This document shows positions 26,102 to 34,797 of a stretch of 64,000 nucleotides of DNA, piece after piece. The position numbers were made by a program, and so were the translations under genes. The DNA comes from a virus (taxonomy: Duplodnaviria; Caudoviricetes), in the IMG/VR virus record IMGVR_UViG_3300044506_000032, positions 9,814 to 73,813 of that record, one strand, 5' to 3'. Positions within the stretch are counted from its first letter, which is position 1, and each line of letters opens with the position of its first letter. The notes beneath the pieces were generated by a model. The model had not been told where the DNA came from. It saw nothing but the letters and a program-made list of their open reading frames with translations, and did not search any database.

Positions 26102-27367
26102 TCAGATCGCGCCGGTGCGCTGCGCGAACTCCCGCAGCCCCGGCACCGTCGACGGCCCGTACAGCAGCCCCGCGGTCATCGCCCGCAGCGCCGGCCGCCG
26201 AACCTCCTCCGGCGCAGCCTGCTCGACCTGGCGCAGCGCGGCGAACGTGCGCTTCTGGTCGCCGAGCCGGTGCCACATCCGCGCCACATCGGTCGCGGCC
26301 CGCGCAGCGCGTTCCGCCGACGTCCACGACACCGCGCCCAACCTGGTCGCGTAGGGCACGCCCTCGTCCGGGGTGCCGAGCGCGTTGTGGACGCTCACCC
26401 AGTACGAGTCGACCTGCGTGGCGGTCGCGTCCACGGTGAACAGCATCCGGCCCGGGGCGGCAGACGCCCGCTCCACCATGCTGCCGGCATGGCCCATCAG
26501 GTCGAGCGCATCGCTGCGCCGCCCGTCGGACGCGGCCGTGTAGGCGGCGGTGAGCAGCATGGTCGCGGCGACAGCCTGCTCAGCCGGGCGGCCGGAGTCG
26601 AGCTGGGTCGCGGTCTGGCGCAGCAGGTCGACGGCGGCACCGGGCCGGCCGGCGCGGCGCATGGTGATCCCGAGGACCCGGGCGGCCTCGCCGATCACCA
26701 CGGGGTCGCCAGAGGCGCGTGCCGCTGTGAGCGCCCGGTCGGCGGTCAACCAGGCCATGTCCGAGTGCTGCTTGAACGCGAGCTCGGTCGCGAGGACGTA
26801 GGCGCGCGCCACGGCCGCCTGCGCCTGCTCCCGGGCCTGTCCCGACGCGGCGTCACGGGTCGCCTCGGCAGCCGCCAGCAGGGCCGGAAGATGCTCGCCA
26901 AGGGCGCCGTATCGGGCCCCGGTGAAGTCGGCCTTGGCGGCGGCCAGACCCTTCTGCAGTCGGGGCAGCGGGACCGCCTCGGCGGCCGGCGGGGAGAACA
27001 GTGCCGACTCCAACCCGGCAGCCGGATCCGCCTGCGCAGGGCGCGGCGTGGCAGCGGCGGCCGGCAGGCCAGCCGCGAGGGAGATGCTGATGCCCGCGGC
27101 TCCAGCAAGTAGTTCTCTGCGGCGCACCGCGTCCTCCTGGGGGTCGTGGCCTGACGCGACCACCCTAGCGAGGCCGAGCCGTGCGGGGTCGATGTCGAGC
27201 ACTGTGGCGAAACGGGCGAGAGTGTCGTGGTTGGGCTGTAAGCGGCCGGCTTCGATGCGGCTGATGCTGGACGCCGAGTAGCCGGTGGCGTGGCCAAGCT
27301 GACCTTGAGTCATGCGGGCTACGGAGCGGGCTCCGCGGATGATGTCGCCGATGTCGAGCGCGCTCAT
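26102..27367 (-). CDS. XRE HTH plus TPR-like helical regulator
   Basis: IRGARSVARMTQGQLGHATGYSASSISRIEAG; Ala-rich helical repeats; ALRQVEQAAPEEVRRP. Confidence 0.85.
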   Translation of the reverse strand: MSALDIGDIIRGARSVARMTQGQLGHATGYSASSISRIEAGRLQPNHDTLARFATVLDIDPARLGLARVVASGHDPQEDAVRRRELLAGAAGISISLAAGLPAAAATPRPAQADPAAGLESALFSPPAAEAVPLPRLQKGLAAAKADFTGARYGALGEHLPALLAAAEATRDAASGQAREQAQAAVARAYVLATELAFKQHSDMAWLTADRALTAARASGDPVVIGEAARVLGITMRRAGRPGAAVDLLRQTATQLDSGRPAEQAVAATMLLTAAYTAASDGRRSDALDLMGHAGSMVERASAAPGRMLFTVDATATQVDSYWVSVHNALGTPDEGVPYATRLGAVSWTSAERAARAATDVARMWHRLGDQKRTFAALRQVEQAAPEEVRRPALRAMTAGLLYGPSTVPGLREFAQRTGAI

Positions 27368-27426
27368 GGTTGCCCTCCCGAGCATGAACGTCTGCGCCCC
27401 TGCATTGACTGTGCGTCAGCCCATCA

Positions 27427-27463
27427 TGCACAGCGCGTGCAGGGTCTGCACAGCGTTTGCAGG
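27427..27463. promoter_or_regulatory. Tandem operator-like repeats
   Basis: TGCACAGCGCGTGCAGG and TGCACAGCGTTTGCAGG, 20-bp period, in the divergent intergenic region. Confidence 0.6.
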
Positions 27464-27564
27464 ACTCCCCCGAACTGTTCCGCACGCCCCTCCCGGCGCG
27501 GTTACCTGGATTCACGCCGGCCGGCGAGCCCAGAACACCAGCCCCCGATCAAGGAGACACCGGT

Positions 27565-28092
27565 ATGACCAGTCCCACCGATCGCCCGCCCGGCCCCATG
27601 CCGCCGTCCGGCGTCCGCGACCCGCGCACACTGCTCACCCCGCACGAGTTCGACAGCGTGGTGACCGTCATCATGGAGGTCAACCGCGGCATGGAGCTGG
27701 CCGTCGCGGAGCGCATCGCCTGCGAGGGCATCAAGTTCGTGACGGTGGCGGCCGAGTTCCCCGACCAGGACATCGCCCCGAGCCGGGTCGTGGACGAGGG
27801 CTGGCACGCCCTGATCCTGAACACGGCCATCTACGCGGCCCTGTGCGAGCGCCTCGGCGGTGGTTTCATCCACCACATCCCCGGCCCCAACGCCACCCAC
27901 TGGGACCCGCCGATCCTGGACCGCACGCGGGACCTGATCCGGCAGGCCGGGTTCACGGTGGACGACGAGCTGTGGGCGCACCCGGAGGACCGCACGTTCA
28001 CGGTGGCGGCGAACTGTCAGCACTCGAAGAACTGCGTGATCAGGCCGATGCCGACGCCGCAGCCGCCCGTGACGGTGGCCGTGGCGGTCTGA
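27565..28092 (+). CDS. GRDP-like (DUF1399-like) domain protein
   Basis: AAGGAG RBS; PSRVVDEGWHALILNT..Y..LC..FIHH motif. Confidence 0.6.
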   Translation: MTSPTDRPPGPMPPSGVRDPRTLLTPHEFDSVVTVIMEVNRGMELAVAERIACEGIKFVTVAAEFPDQDIAPSRVVDEGWHALILNTAIYAALCERLGGGFIHHIPGPNATHWDPPILDRTRDLIRQAGFTVDDELWAHPEDRTFTVAANCQHSKNCVIRPMPTPQPPVTVAVAV

Positions 28093-28131
28093 CGGACCGT
28101 CTACCCTGCTGCCAACGAGAGGAGGCTGGGC

Positions 28132-28290
28132 ATGGAGGAGTGGATCAACCCGCGCTATGCCGAGCTGGTCGCCGCCTTCCGGCGGCAGCAGGACGGAGAC
28201 ACGGATGCGCCCCTGCTCGCCCTGAGCCCGAACGACGCTCCGGGCCCAGGGCGGGGATTCATCACTGCAGGTAGCGCCGCCCCCGAGTAG
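28132..28290 (+). CDS. Small protein (52 aa)
   Basis: GAGAGGAGG RBS; MEEWINPRYAELV..RGFI. Confidence 0.6.
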   Translation: MEEWINPRYAELVAAFRRQQDGDTDAPLLALSPNDAPGPGRGFITAGSAAPE

Positions 28291-28304
28291 GAGGAGGAAC
28301 AGCC

Positions 28305-28415
28305 ATGAGCGACATCCAGATGAAGCACAAGGGTGGCTCGAAGGAGCCGCCGAAGCACCGCGGCAACCCGGCCCCGGAGCCCACGCCGACCCCCACCCCC
28401 GCTCCCTCGAAGTAG
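28305..28415 (+). CDS. Small Lys/Pro-rich peptide (36 aa)
   Basis: GGAGGAGG RBS; MSDIQMKHKGGSKEPPKHRGNPAPEPTPTPTPAPSK; terminator follows. Confidence 0.6.
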   Translation: MSDIQMKHKGGSKEPPKHRGNPAPEPTPTPTPAPSK

Positions 28416-28423
28416 CACCAGGC

Positions 28424-28458
28424 GGCTGGCCCCTCGTGTACGTTGCGAGGGGCCAGCC
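28424..28458 (+). terminator. Hairpin/terminator
   Basis: 13-bp stem GGCTGGCCCCTCG/CGAGGGGCCAGCC. Confidence 0.65.
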
Positions 28459-28470
28459 CCGCGCAAGGAG

Positions 28471-29037
28471 ATGCCAGTGAGTGACCGGTTCCTGATCTCG
28501 TACGAGTCGCGGCACTTCGTGGATACCGACTGGACGCAGCGAGCCGACCGGTGGATGGCCTCGTTCTACACCCAGACGGACACGTCGATCTTCGGGACGG
28601 CTGCGATCACCCGAGTCGTGCCCGGCATCACGCCGAATCCGCGGGTCGCGCTTGAGACGGACCCGGGTCTACTGGACCGCATCCCCCGCGTGATCTTCAC
28701 CGAGGGCGGCGAAATGGTCCCGGCGGTCGCCGATATGCACCCCACCCTGCTGCTCCTCCTCGAATCCGTCGAGGTGAATGAGAAGTGGCGCGGCAAGGGC
28801 GTAGGCATGAGCCTCGCGATCACCGCGCTGCGCCACCTGGCCACAGGGCCCGGTGCTGTCGCCGTTTGCTACCCGGCGCCGATCCACGACCACGGCCCCG
28901 ACGAGCCGTGCTCGTACGACTCGGACGACCCGGAAGTGCGCCGGCCGGACGAGGAGGCGATGGCCAAGCTCCGGGCGGCGTGGGAGCGGCACGGGTTCAA
29001 GCCGATCGGCGAAGGCATCTACGCCATGGCCCTGTAG
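28471..29037 (+). CDS. GNAT-fold acetyltransferase-like protein
   Basis: AAGGAG RBS; LESVEVNEKWRGKGVG (motif A); LRAAWERHGF. Confidence 0.7.
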   Translation: MPVSDRFLISYESRHFVDTDWTQRADRWMASFYTQTDTSIFGTAAITRVVPGITPNPRVALETDPGLLDRIPRVIFTEGGEMVPAVADMHPTLLLLLESVEVNEKWRGKGVGMSLAITALRHLATGPGAVAVCYPAPIHDHGPDEPCSYDSDDPEVRRPDEEAMAKLRAAWERHGFKPIGEGIYAMAL

Positions 29038-29097
29038 CGGGCAGGGCATGAGAAAGCGCCCGCCGCGGCGAACGTGGCGGGCGCCATGGGCCAGCTG

Positions 29098-29595
29098 TTA
29101 GTAGTCGCTCGGGACAGCGACGAAGAGGTTGTGGACGCGGCGTGGGCCGAGGCGGCGCTTCCCCGCCTTCTTGAACGCGCCCTCCTGGACTAGCCGCGCG
29201 CTGTATACGACGGCGGTCCCGTAAGGGATGCCGAGCTGCTCCTCCAGGTCGCGACAGCTGAAGGGCTGATCACCGAAGTGCTCACAGGCGAGAGGGTGGA
29301 GATTCATGGAAGGGAAGCGATCGCCTTGATAGGGCGTCGAGTTGTAGACGACGTTGTGTTCGGGATGCTCCGCAATGATGCTCTCCCGTTCTGCTTCGGC
29401 AGCCTCCTTGCGAGATGAGTACCAGGTCACCTCGTAGGTAGCAACGTTCGGCCACCAAGCCTTGTCGGCGTGGGAGTACCAGCGCTTGGCTGGCTCATCG
29501 CAGATCCCGATGTAGAGCAGTTCGCCGCGCTCGTTGAGGAAGCGATAGAGGGCAACCTCACCCGGGTTCGTCCGATTGATCATTTGGCCCCGCAT
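29098..29595 (-). CDS. GIY-YIG nuclease family protein with C-terminal wHTH
   Basis: VALYRFLNERGELLYIGI..RW..H..WW..AERESI..EHPEHN; start at 29595 or 29583. Confidence 0.8.
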   Translation of the reverse strand: MRGQMINRTNPGEVALYRFLNERGELLYIGICDEPAKRWYSHADKAWWPNVATYEVTWYSSRKEAAEAERESIIAEHPEHNVVYNSTPYQGDRFPSMNLHPLACEHFGDQPFSCRDLEEQLGIPYGTAVVYSARLVQEGAFKKAGKRRLGPRRVHNLFVAVPSDY

Positions 29596-29902
29596 GGCCC
29601 GCAGTCTCACCTGTCTGACCCTCGCCCTTCTTTGGTCGCTTCGAGCCACGGAGCCCCTTCGAGATCTGCTGGGCGCGGGTGAAGTGGATCCCCAGTGCGT
29701 CGCCGATCTCCTGCCAGGTCTTCCCTTGGTTCCTCATGCGAAGGACGCGCTGCTGGCGAATCTCTCGCAGGCGTGCGTGGCTCTCGGGCCAGTTCTGGAG
29801 GACGTCGGTGATCGCCTTGGCGCATGCGGCGTCGTCGTCGATCTCTTCCAGGGCCTTGATGGCGTCCACGAACCTCAGTACCTCCTCTGGCTGATCTGTC
29901 AC
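29558..29902 (-). CDS. Small HTH repressor-like protein (switch C)
   Basis: KTWQEIGDALGIHFTRAQQISKG; paralogue of 16340-16639. Confidence 0.8.
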   Translation of the reverse strand: MTDQPEEVLRFVDAIKALEEIDDDAACAKAITDVLQNWPESHARLREIRQQRVLRMRNQGKTWQEIGDALGIHFTRAQQISKGLRGSKRPKKGEGQTGETAGHAGPNDQSDEPG

Positions 29903-29944
29903 TTCGCGCTCTCCTTTCTCGGACAGGAGAGCGCCACAGCCAGA

Positions 29945-29991
29945 ATGTTAGACCCCCGCTCTTGCTTTCACCTAGACCCCGGGTCTAACTT
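29945..29991. promoter_or_regulatory. Divergent promoters with TAGACCC operators (switch C)
   Basis: TTAGACCCCC (29948-57), TAGACCC-C-GGGTCTA (29973-87); TTGCTT-N18-TAACTT. Confidence 0.7.
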
Positions 29992-30107
29992 GTTCCTTGT
30001 GAGGCCGAACTCCTTGGTCTCCATAGCAACATGCCCCGGCCGGCGCGCCAACGCCGAGACCGGGGCCAGTCCCACCCTCACGCCGCTAAGCCGAGGAGAG
30101 CAGGACC

Positions 30108-30323
30108 ATGCAGAAGAGTACCCAGAACACCCCCTCCGGCGGCAGCCCCGCGCCCGCCGCGAGCAGCGCCGATGCGCTCGCCAACGCCCAGGCCCGCGCC
30201 AACGACATCGCCAACCAGTTCGTCAACGCCTCCCACGCGACCCACGCCGAGCGGGCCGCCATGGTCCAGGACCTCAAGGCCGCCGCCGCCGAGCTCGACC
30301 GTCTCGAACGCGGCGGCGCGTGA
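30108..30323 (+). CDS. Hypothetical protein
   Basis: GAGGAG RBS; first gene of the rightward operon. Confidence 0.65.
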   Translation: MQKSTQNTPSGGSPAPAASSADALANAQARANDIANQFVNASHATHAERAAMVQDLKAAAAELDRLERGGA

Positions 30324-30556
30324 TGTTGATCGCCGCCTTGTTCGTCTGGCTGGTGATGATCCCGCTCGCCGCGTACCAGGTCGTACTGAACCGGCGCCTG
30401 AAGCGGCTGGCCGCCGAGCGTGTCGCTGACGCCGCAGGCCTGCCGCCCGAAAGCAGCTCCGAGCCCCGATTCGGTCACCTGCTTCCCGGCGCAGCACACG
30501 GCAAGCTGCCGGCCCGCTCCGACGTCCGCTACGCCACCTTCAAGGAGGAGCAGTGA
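30323..30556 (+). CDS. Single-TM membrane protein
   Basis: TGATG overlap; MLIAALFVWLVMIPLAAY. Confidence 0.55.
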   Translation: MLIAALFVWLVMIPLAAYQVVLNRRLKRLAAERVADAAGLPPESSSEPRFGHLLPGAAHGKLPARSDVRYATFKEEQ

Positions 30557-30735
30557 CCCCCGCGACCCGCATGGCCTACACCCTGACCGCCGGCAACCAG
30601 CAGTACACCGGCACCACCACCGTCTACGGGGCCGTCGAGATCAGCGAGACCGTTGCCGCGATCGCCCAGCACCACCACGTCCCCACCGCCGACGCGCAGC
30701 TGACCCTCACCCCGAAGCAGGAGGTGCAGCGATGA
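30553..30735 (+). CDS. Hypothetical protein
   Basis: AGGAGGAG RBS; coupled. Confidence 0.6.
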   Translation: MTPATRMAYTLTAGNQQYTGTTTVYGAVEISETVAAIAQHHHVPTADAQLTLTPKQEVQR

Positions 30736-30872
30736 ACCTCAACGACATGCCCTTCACCGAGGCCGACCTCGACCGGGTGCAGGACCTCACCAACGCCTTC
30801 CACTACGCCCAGCAGGACATCGCGAAGGGCTCCGACGACATCGTCTACCAGCTCACCGGCCAGCAGCTGTGA
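30732..30872 (+). CDS. Hypothetical protein
   Basis: GGAGG RBS; coupled. Confidence 0.55.
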   Translation: MNLNDMPFTEADLDRVQDLTNAFHYAQQDIAKGSDDIVYQLTGQQL

Positions 30873-31066
30873 GCACCATCGCCGAGCACGACGCGGACCT
30901 CAAGGTCATGCGCGGCTCGCTCACCCCCGAGAGCCCGATCAACCGGGACGACGACCTGGCCGTCGCGCTCGAGCTCTACCGCCTCTACGGAGGCGACCCC
31001 ACCACCGAAAGGAGCAACGCCACGTGCAGGAGCAGCAGCACACCACCGGCCCTCGCAGCGAGGTAG
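30869..31066 (+). CDS. Hypothetical protein
   Basis: GTGA overlap. Confidence 0.45.
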   Translation: MSTIAEHDADLKVMRGSLTPESPINRDDDLAVALELYRLYGGDPTTERSNATCRSSSTPPALAAR

Positions 31067-31170
31067 ACCCCCGCGAGTTCGCCCAGGCCATCGGCCGGCT
31101 CTTCGGAGACGCCCCAGCCCCGCCGAAAGAGCCCGGCTGGAAGCTCTGCCCGGAAGACGACGACGACTGA
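31024..31170 (+). CDS. Hypothetical protein (48 aa)
   Basis: AAAGGAG RBS, GTG; TGATG overlap with the next gene. Confidence 0.5.
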   Translation: MQEQQHTTGPRSEVDPREFAQAIGRLFGDAPAPPKEPGWKLCPEDDDD

Positions 31171-31433
31171 TGGTGGCGCAAGCAGCCAACTGGTGGGAGC
31201 GCCCCGACGACGACATCCGCACCCAAGGCGGCGGACGGGTCACGGCCTACGTGACCGTCACGATCAACGCCTTCTTCCACTGCACCGGCTGCGACGAAAC
31301 CGTCCAGGTCACCACGCACACCGAAGCCGACCCGACTCACCTGCAGAACGAGATCCTCGCCAGCCTCACCGGCGCCAATTTCCACGCCGACGCCCACGCC
31401 AAGACCTGCACCAAGACACCGGAGACCACGTGA
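31170..31433 (+). CDS. Small Zn-binding protein
   Basis: FHCTGC..AHAKTC. Confidence 0.6.
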   Translation: MVAQAANWWERPDDDIRTQGGGRVTAYVTVTINAFFHCTGCDETVQVTTHTEADPTHLQNEILASLTGANFHADAHAKTCTKTPETT

Positions 31434-31634
31434 CCGAGCAACCCGACCCCGACCCCGACGACCAGGAGGCCCACCGTCTGCTCACCGAGCAGGCCAGCAG
31501 CAGCGAACACACCGTCTACGTCCCCGACCCCACCTGAGGAACCCCAGCGCGTCCCCGGCAGCAGGCCGGCACGGGCCCACGACCCAGACGCGCACCAGTA
31601 CCGCCAACACCAACCCAGCCCGAAAGGCCAAGCC

Positions 31635-32603
31635 GTGACCGAGCCCGACGCCACCACTGACCGCGCCCACTGGGCATGGCGACCAGTCGTCACCGCCGTG
31701 CTCGCCCTGGTCGCCTGGTCCGTCTCCACCTACCTCCACAACTACGTCCACGTCCCCTGGATCCTCGCCATCCTCGGCGCCGCGATCTTCGACCTCTCCG
31801 CCCTCATCCTCGCCGACCTCGCCCACCGCGCCACCAACAGCGGCGACACCGCGGCAGCCCTCATCTACGGCACCGGTGTCGCCCTGTTCACCGCGGCCTC
31901 CGCCGTCGTCAACTGGCTCCACGCCCAGGTCGCCGGCTGGGGCGTCGCCGGCGGAATCCTCTTCGCCGGAGCCCCGATCGCAGCCGAGATCCTCTTCGTT
32001 GCCCAGCACTGGTTCCAGCACCGCCGCAAGCTCCGCCGCGACGGCAAGCTCGGCGACGCCCTGCCGCGCCTCGGCCTCCTGTCATGGTCGTTCTTCCCGA
32101 ACCGGTCCAGGAAGGTCATCAAGGCCGTCATCGAGTCCCGGCTCGACACGATCGAGACCGTTGCTGTCCGGCACGCGGAACTTGCCCGGGCAGCCGGGCA
32201 AGACGCCCCGGGCATGCCCGGGCAGGTGCCCGGGCAACAGGGCGAGCTGCCCGGCGCCCGCCCGGACAACGCCCTGCCGCCCCAGACGCTCCGCCTCGAA
32301 ATCGCCACCACGCCCTCCAGCGCCCACCCGGTGGTCGGGCAACTCGTGCCCGCTCGGGTACCGCGCCCGGCCGTCGTGCCCGAGCCCGTCCTCACCGCCC
32401 AGGCACCGGACGGGCAGGAGACCTCGCAGCCGGATCTGAGCATCGCGCAGGCCGTCCGGATTGCCATCGAGGAGATCGGCACGGACGTCGACGCCGTCAC
32501 CGCCCGGGCAGCCGAGCTCAAGCCCGAATCCGACCGGGCAAACGTCCGCCGCGAAGCCCGCCGTCAGACCGGCAAGCTCCCCGGCACCGGCCTCTACATG
32601 TGA
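31635..32603 (+). CDS. SpdA/DUF2637-like spread membrane protein
   Basis: Four TM helices (AAIFDL..ASAVVNWLHA..GAPIAAE), Pro-rich linker, C-terminal HTH-like helices. Confidence 0.65.
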   Translation: MTEPDATTDRAHWAWRPVVTAVLALVAWSVSTYLHNYVHVPWILAILGAAIFDLSALILADLAHRATNSGDTAAALIYGTGVALFTAASAVVNWLHAQVAGWGVAGGILFAGAPIAAEILFVAQHWFQHRRKLRRDGKLGDALPRLGLLSWSFFPNRSRKVIKAVIESRLDTIETVAVRHAELARAAGQDAPGMPGQVPGQQGELPGARPDNALPPQTLRLEIATTPSSAHPVVGQLVPARVPRPAVVPEPVLTAQAPDGQETSQPDLSIAQAVRIAIEEIGTDVDAVTARAAELKPESDRANVRREARRQTGKLPGTGLYM

Positions 32604-33797
32604 CCCCGGGAAGGACCCCAACGCCATGCCGAACCACGTCCAGCCGCCCCGCTACAGCCTCACCGCCGACACCGTGGAAGCCAGCCTCAACGCCCTCCAC
32701 GCGGCCCAGCAGCTCATCGAAGGACACCTCGCAGCCGTCGCCCCCGGCTCCCCCCGCACGCAGTTCAAGGCCGCCAAGAGCGCTCCCATGGTCCTGCGGA
32801 TCGATCTCGACCTCGGGCCACTTCTCGACCGGACCAACGGCACCATCGATGGCCTCACGCCGAGGCCCGAGCCGGCCAAAGACGAGGGACTGCCCACCAC
32901 CGAGGGCACCCCCAGCTACCTCTGAGTCCCACTCACGCGCTGGCGTCGTCGTCGACGTCGACGAGTCCCCTCCCACCCCCCCCTGACGTGCCGTTACCCC
33001 CCTCCAGAGCCGGGCGACGACAACGACGACTACGACTACGACGAGAAGGAGAGCCCCGGTGCCTGACACCGAAGCGCCCGCAGCGCCGCTGCCCACGGCC
33101 CCGGCCGAGTACCTCCCCGAGCCCGACGAATCCGTGTACGTCACCGCCCCGCCGGCCCCCGAGGAGCCGCAGCCGATCGACTGGACCGCGCCCTCGCCGA
33201 TCGCGGAAGCGGCCCTGAACGACGACCCCCGCGAGCCGCGGTCCGCCCGCACCCGCGGCGTGCCGGCAGCCCCCGCCATGGTGGCCGCCGCCAACGGCAT
33301 GGCCCTGGCGGCCACGACCGCCTACGAGGTCGGCGGGCTGATGGCCCTTGCCTCCACCGCGACCGTGCTCCTGGGCGGTACCGGGGCCCTGGTGGGCCGT
33401 CGCCGCTCCACCGTCCGCAACCGCAAGGCCGCGGCCGCCGGCGCCGCGAAGACCCTCGGGGCGACCAACCGCGCGGCGAATGCCCGCACGGGCGCCGGGC
33501 GCTCCGGGGCCGGGGCGGGCAACGTCTCGGGCGGCGGCCGGGCAGGGGGCGGCCGCGGCCGGGACACGGCCGGGCACACCCGCGGCGGCCACAGCGCAGC
33601 AGGGCACCGTGCGGGCGGTCTCGACAGCCGCCCGTCCGGTGCCCGGGCAGAATCCGGTGGCCCGGGCACGGGCGGGCGCCGGGCGGCGGGCAACGGGCTG
33701 CCCGGCGCCAGCGCAGCCCCGATGCCGGGCGGGCGTGCGGGCGTGCCCGGGCAGGGCGCCCGGGCAACCGGCGGCCGCCAGGCTGCCGCCCCGGGCA
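32185..33797 (+). repeat. Clustered CCCGGGCA octamers (candidate TraB recognition sequence/clt)
   Basis: 10 exact copies: 32185, 32207, 32217, 32229, 32503, 33642, 33661, 33746, 33759, 33790. Confidence 0.55.
32626..32925 (+). CDS. Hypothetical protein
   Basis: GGAAGG RBS. Confidence 0.55.
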   Translation: MPNHVQPPRYSLTADTVEASLNALHAAQQLIEGHLAAVAPGSPRTQFKAAKSAPMVLRIDLDLGPLLDRTNGTIDGLTPRPEPAKDEGLPTTEGTPSYL

Positions 33798-34747
33798 AGG
33801 GCGGCATGCTCGCCCGGATCGCCGACCGGCTCGCCGGCGGCACCGGCAAGAGCGGACCGAAGAAGAAGAGCGACGGGCCGAAGAACAAGCCCGACGGTCC
33901 GAAGAAGACCGACCGCGCGAAGAAGAACGACAAGCCGAAGAGCACCGACCAGACCGACCCGTCCTCCCCGGCCGACCAGACGCCGGCGAGCCGCACCCGC
34001 CGGTCCGCCGCGGCCGCCGCACGACTCGCCAAACGAGCCGCAGCCCGAACCGGACGGCTTGGCGCCGAAGGGCTGCGCCGCAGCAAGCCCTACCGCGACA
34101 AGGCCGCCGCAACTGTCCGCCGTGCCGCAGCGAAAACCGGCGGCGCCGGCTGGGACGCCACCGCGGCCCTGACCCGAGGCGTCCTGGCCGCCCTGCGACA
34201 CCGCGACCTGCGCACCGGTTGGGAGCGGCTGCGCGAAGTGTGGCGCCGACGCCGCCAGGACCGTGCCACCCGCGCCGCCCGCAAGAACGCCGCCAAGACC
34301 CAAGACACCGCGGCGCCCACCGTCGCCGACACCGTCCGCCGACCCTCCACCGCCATGACCGCCCGCACCACGACCGCAGCAGGAGCCTCCATGTCCGGGC
34401 ACCACTTCCTCGCCTCCGCCACCGAGATGGCCCGCGCCGCCTCCGCCTACGACCCCACCGGGATGCTCCAGGTCGGCCAGGACTTCGCCGGCCTGCAGGA
34501 GTCCCTCGAACTGGTCGCCCAGTCCATGAAGATCAGCACCGACAAGGCCGACGCGAAGCAGCCGCTCGACCCCCGCATCATCGAGATGATGCGCGGCATC
34601 TACCAGCTGCAGATGAAGGCCGCCCAGCTCGCCTCCGAACTGCCCGCCGCCTTCGAGCAGCTCCACCAGGTCGACCTCCAGCGCCTGCGCAACCCCCGCA
34701 AGGGCGCCGCCGGCGAGCGCATGTGGGACGTCAGCACCAACCTCTGA
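33059..34747 (+). CDS. TraA-like transfer accessory protein
   Basis: TM pair, Gly/Arg/Lys-rich linker, C-terminal helical domain (GMLQVGQDFAGL..LRNPRKG..WDV) recalled from pJV1/pSN22-type TraA; directly upstream of TraB. Confidence 0.55.
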   Translation: MPDTEAPAAPLPTAPAEYLPEPDESVYVTAPPAPEEPQPIDWTAPSPIAEAALNDDPREPRSARTRGVPAAPAMVAAANGMALAATTAYEVGGLMALASTATVLLGGTGALVGRRRSTVRNRKAAAAGAAKTLGATNRAANARTGAGRSGAGAGNVSGGGRAGGGRGRDTAGHTRGGHSAAGHRAGGLDSRPSGARAESGGPGTGGRRAAGNGLPGASAAPMPGGRAGVPGQGARATGGRQAAAPGKGGMLARIADRLAGGTGKSGPKKKSDGPKNKPDGPKKTDRAKKNDKPKSTDQTDPSSPADQTPASRTRRSAAAAARLAKRAAARTGRLGAEGLRRSKPYRDKAAATVRRAAAKTGGAGWDATAALTRGVLAALRHRDLRTGWERLREVWRRRRQDRATRAARKNAAKTQDTAAPTVADTVRRPSTAMTARTTTAAGASMSGHHFLASATEMARAASAYDPTGMLQVGQDFAGLQESLELVAQSMKISTDKADAKQPLDPRIIEMMRGIYQLQMKAAQLASELPAAFEQLHQVDLQRLRNPRKGAAGERMWDVSTNL

Positions 34748-34797
34748 CCCACCACCAGCCCACCACCCGACACCCACAGACAAGGAACACACCCGTC

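Noticed and set aside
33014-33045. CGACGAC/CGACTA run as clt or array
   Set aside because: Short trinucleotide-type low-complexity tract; the CCCGGGCA clusters are a better candidate
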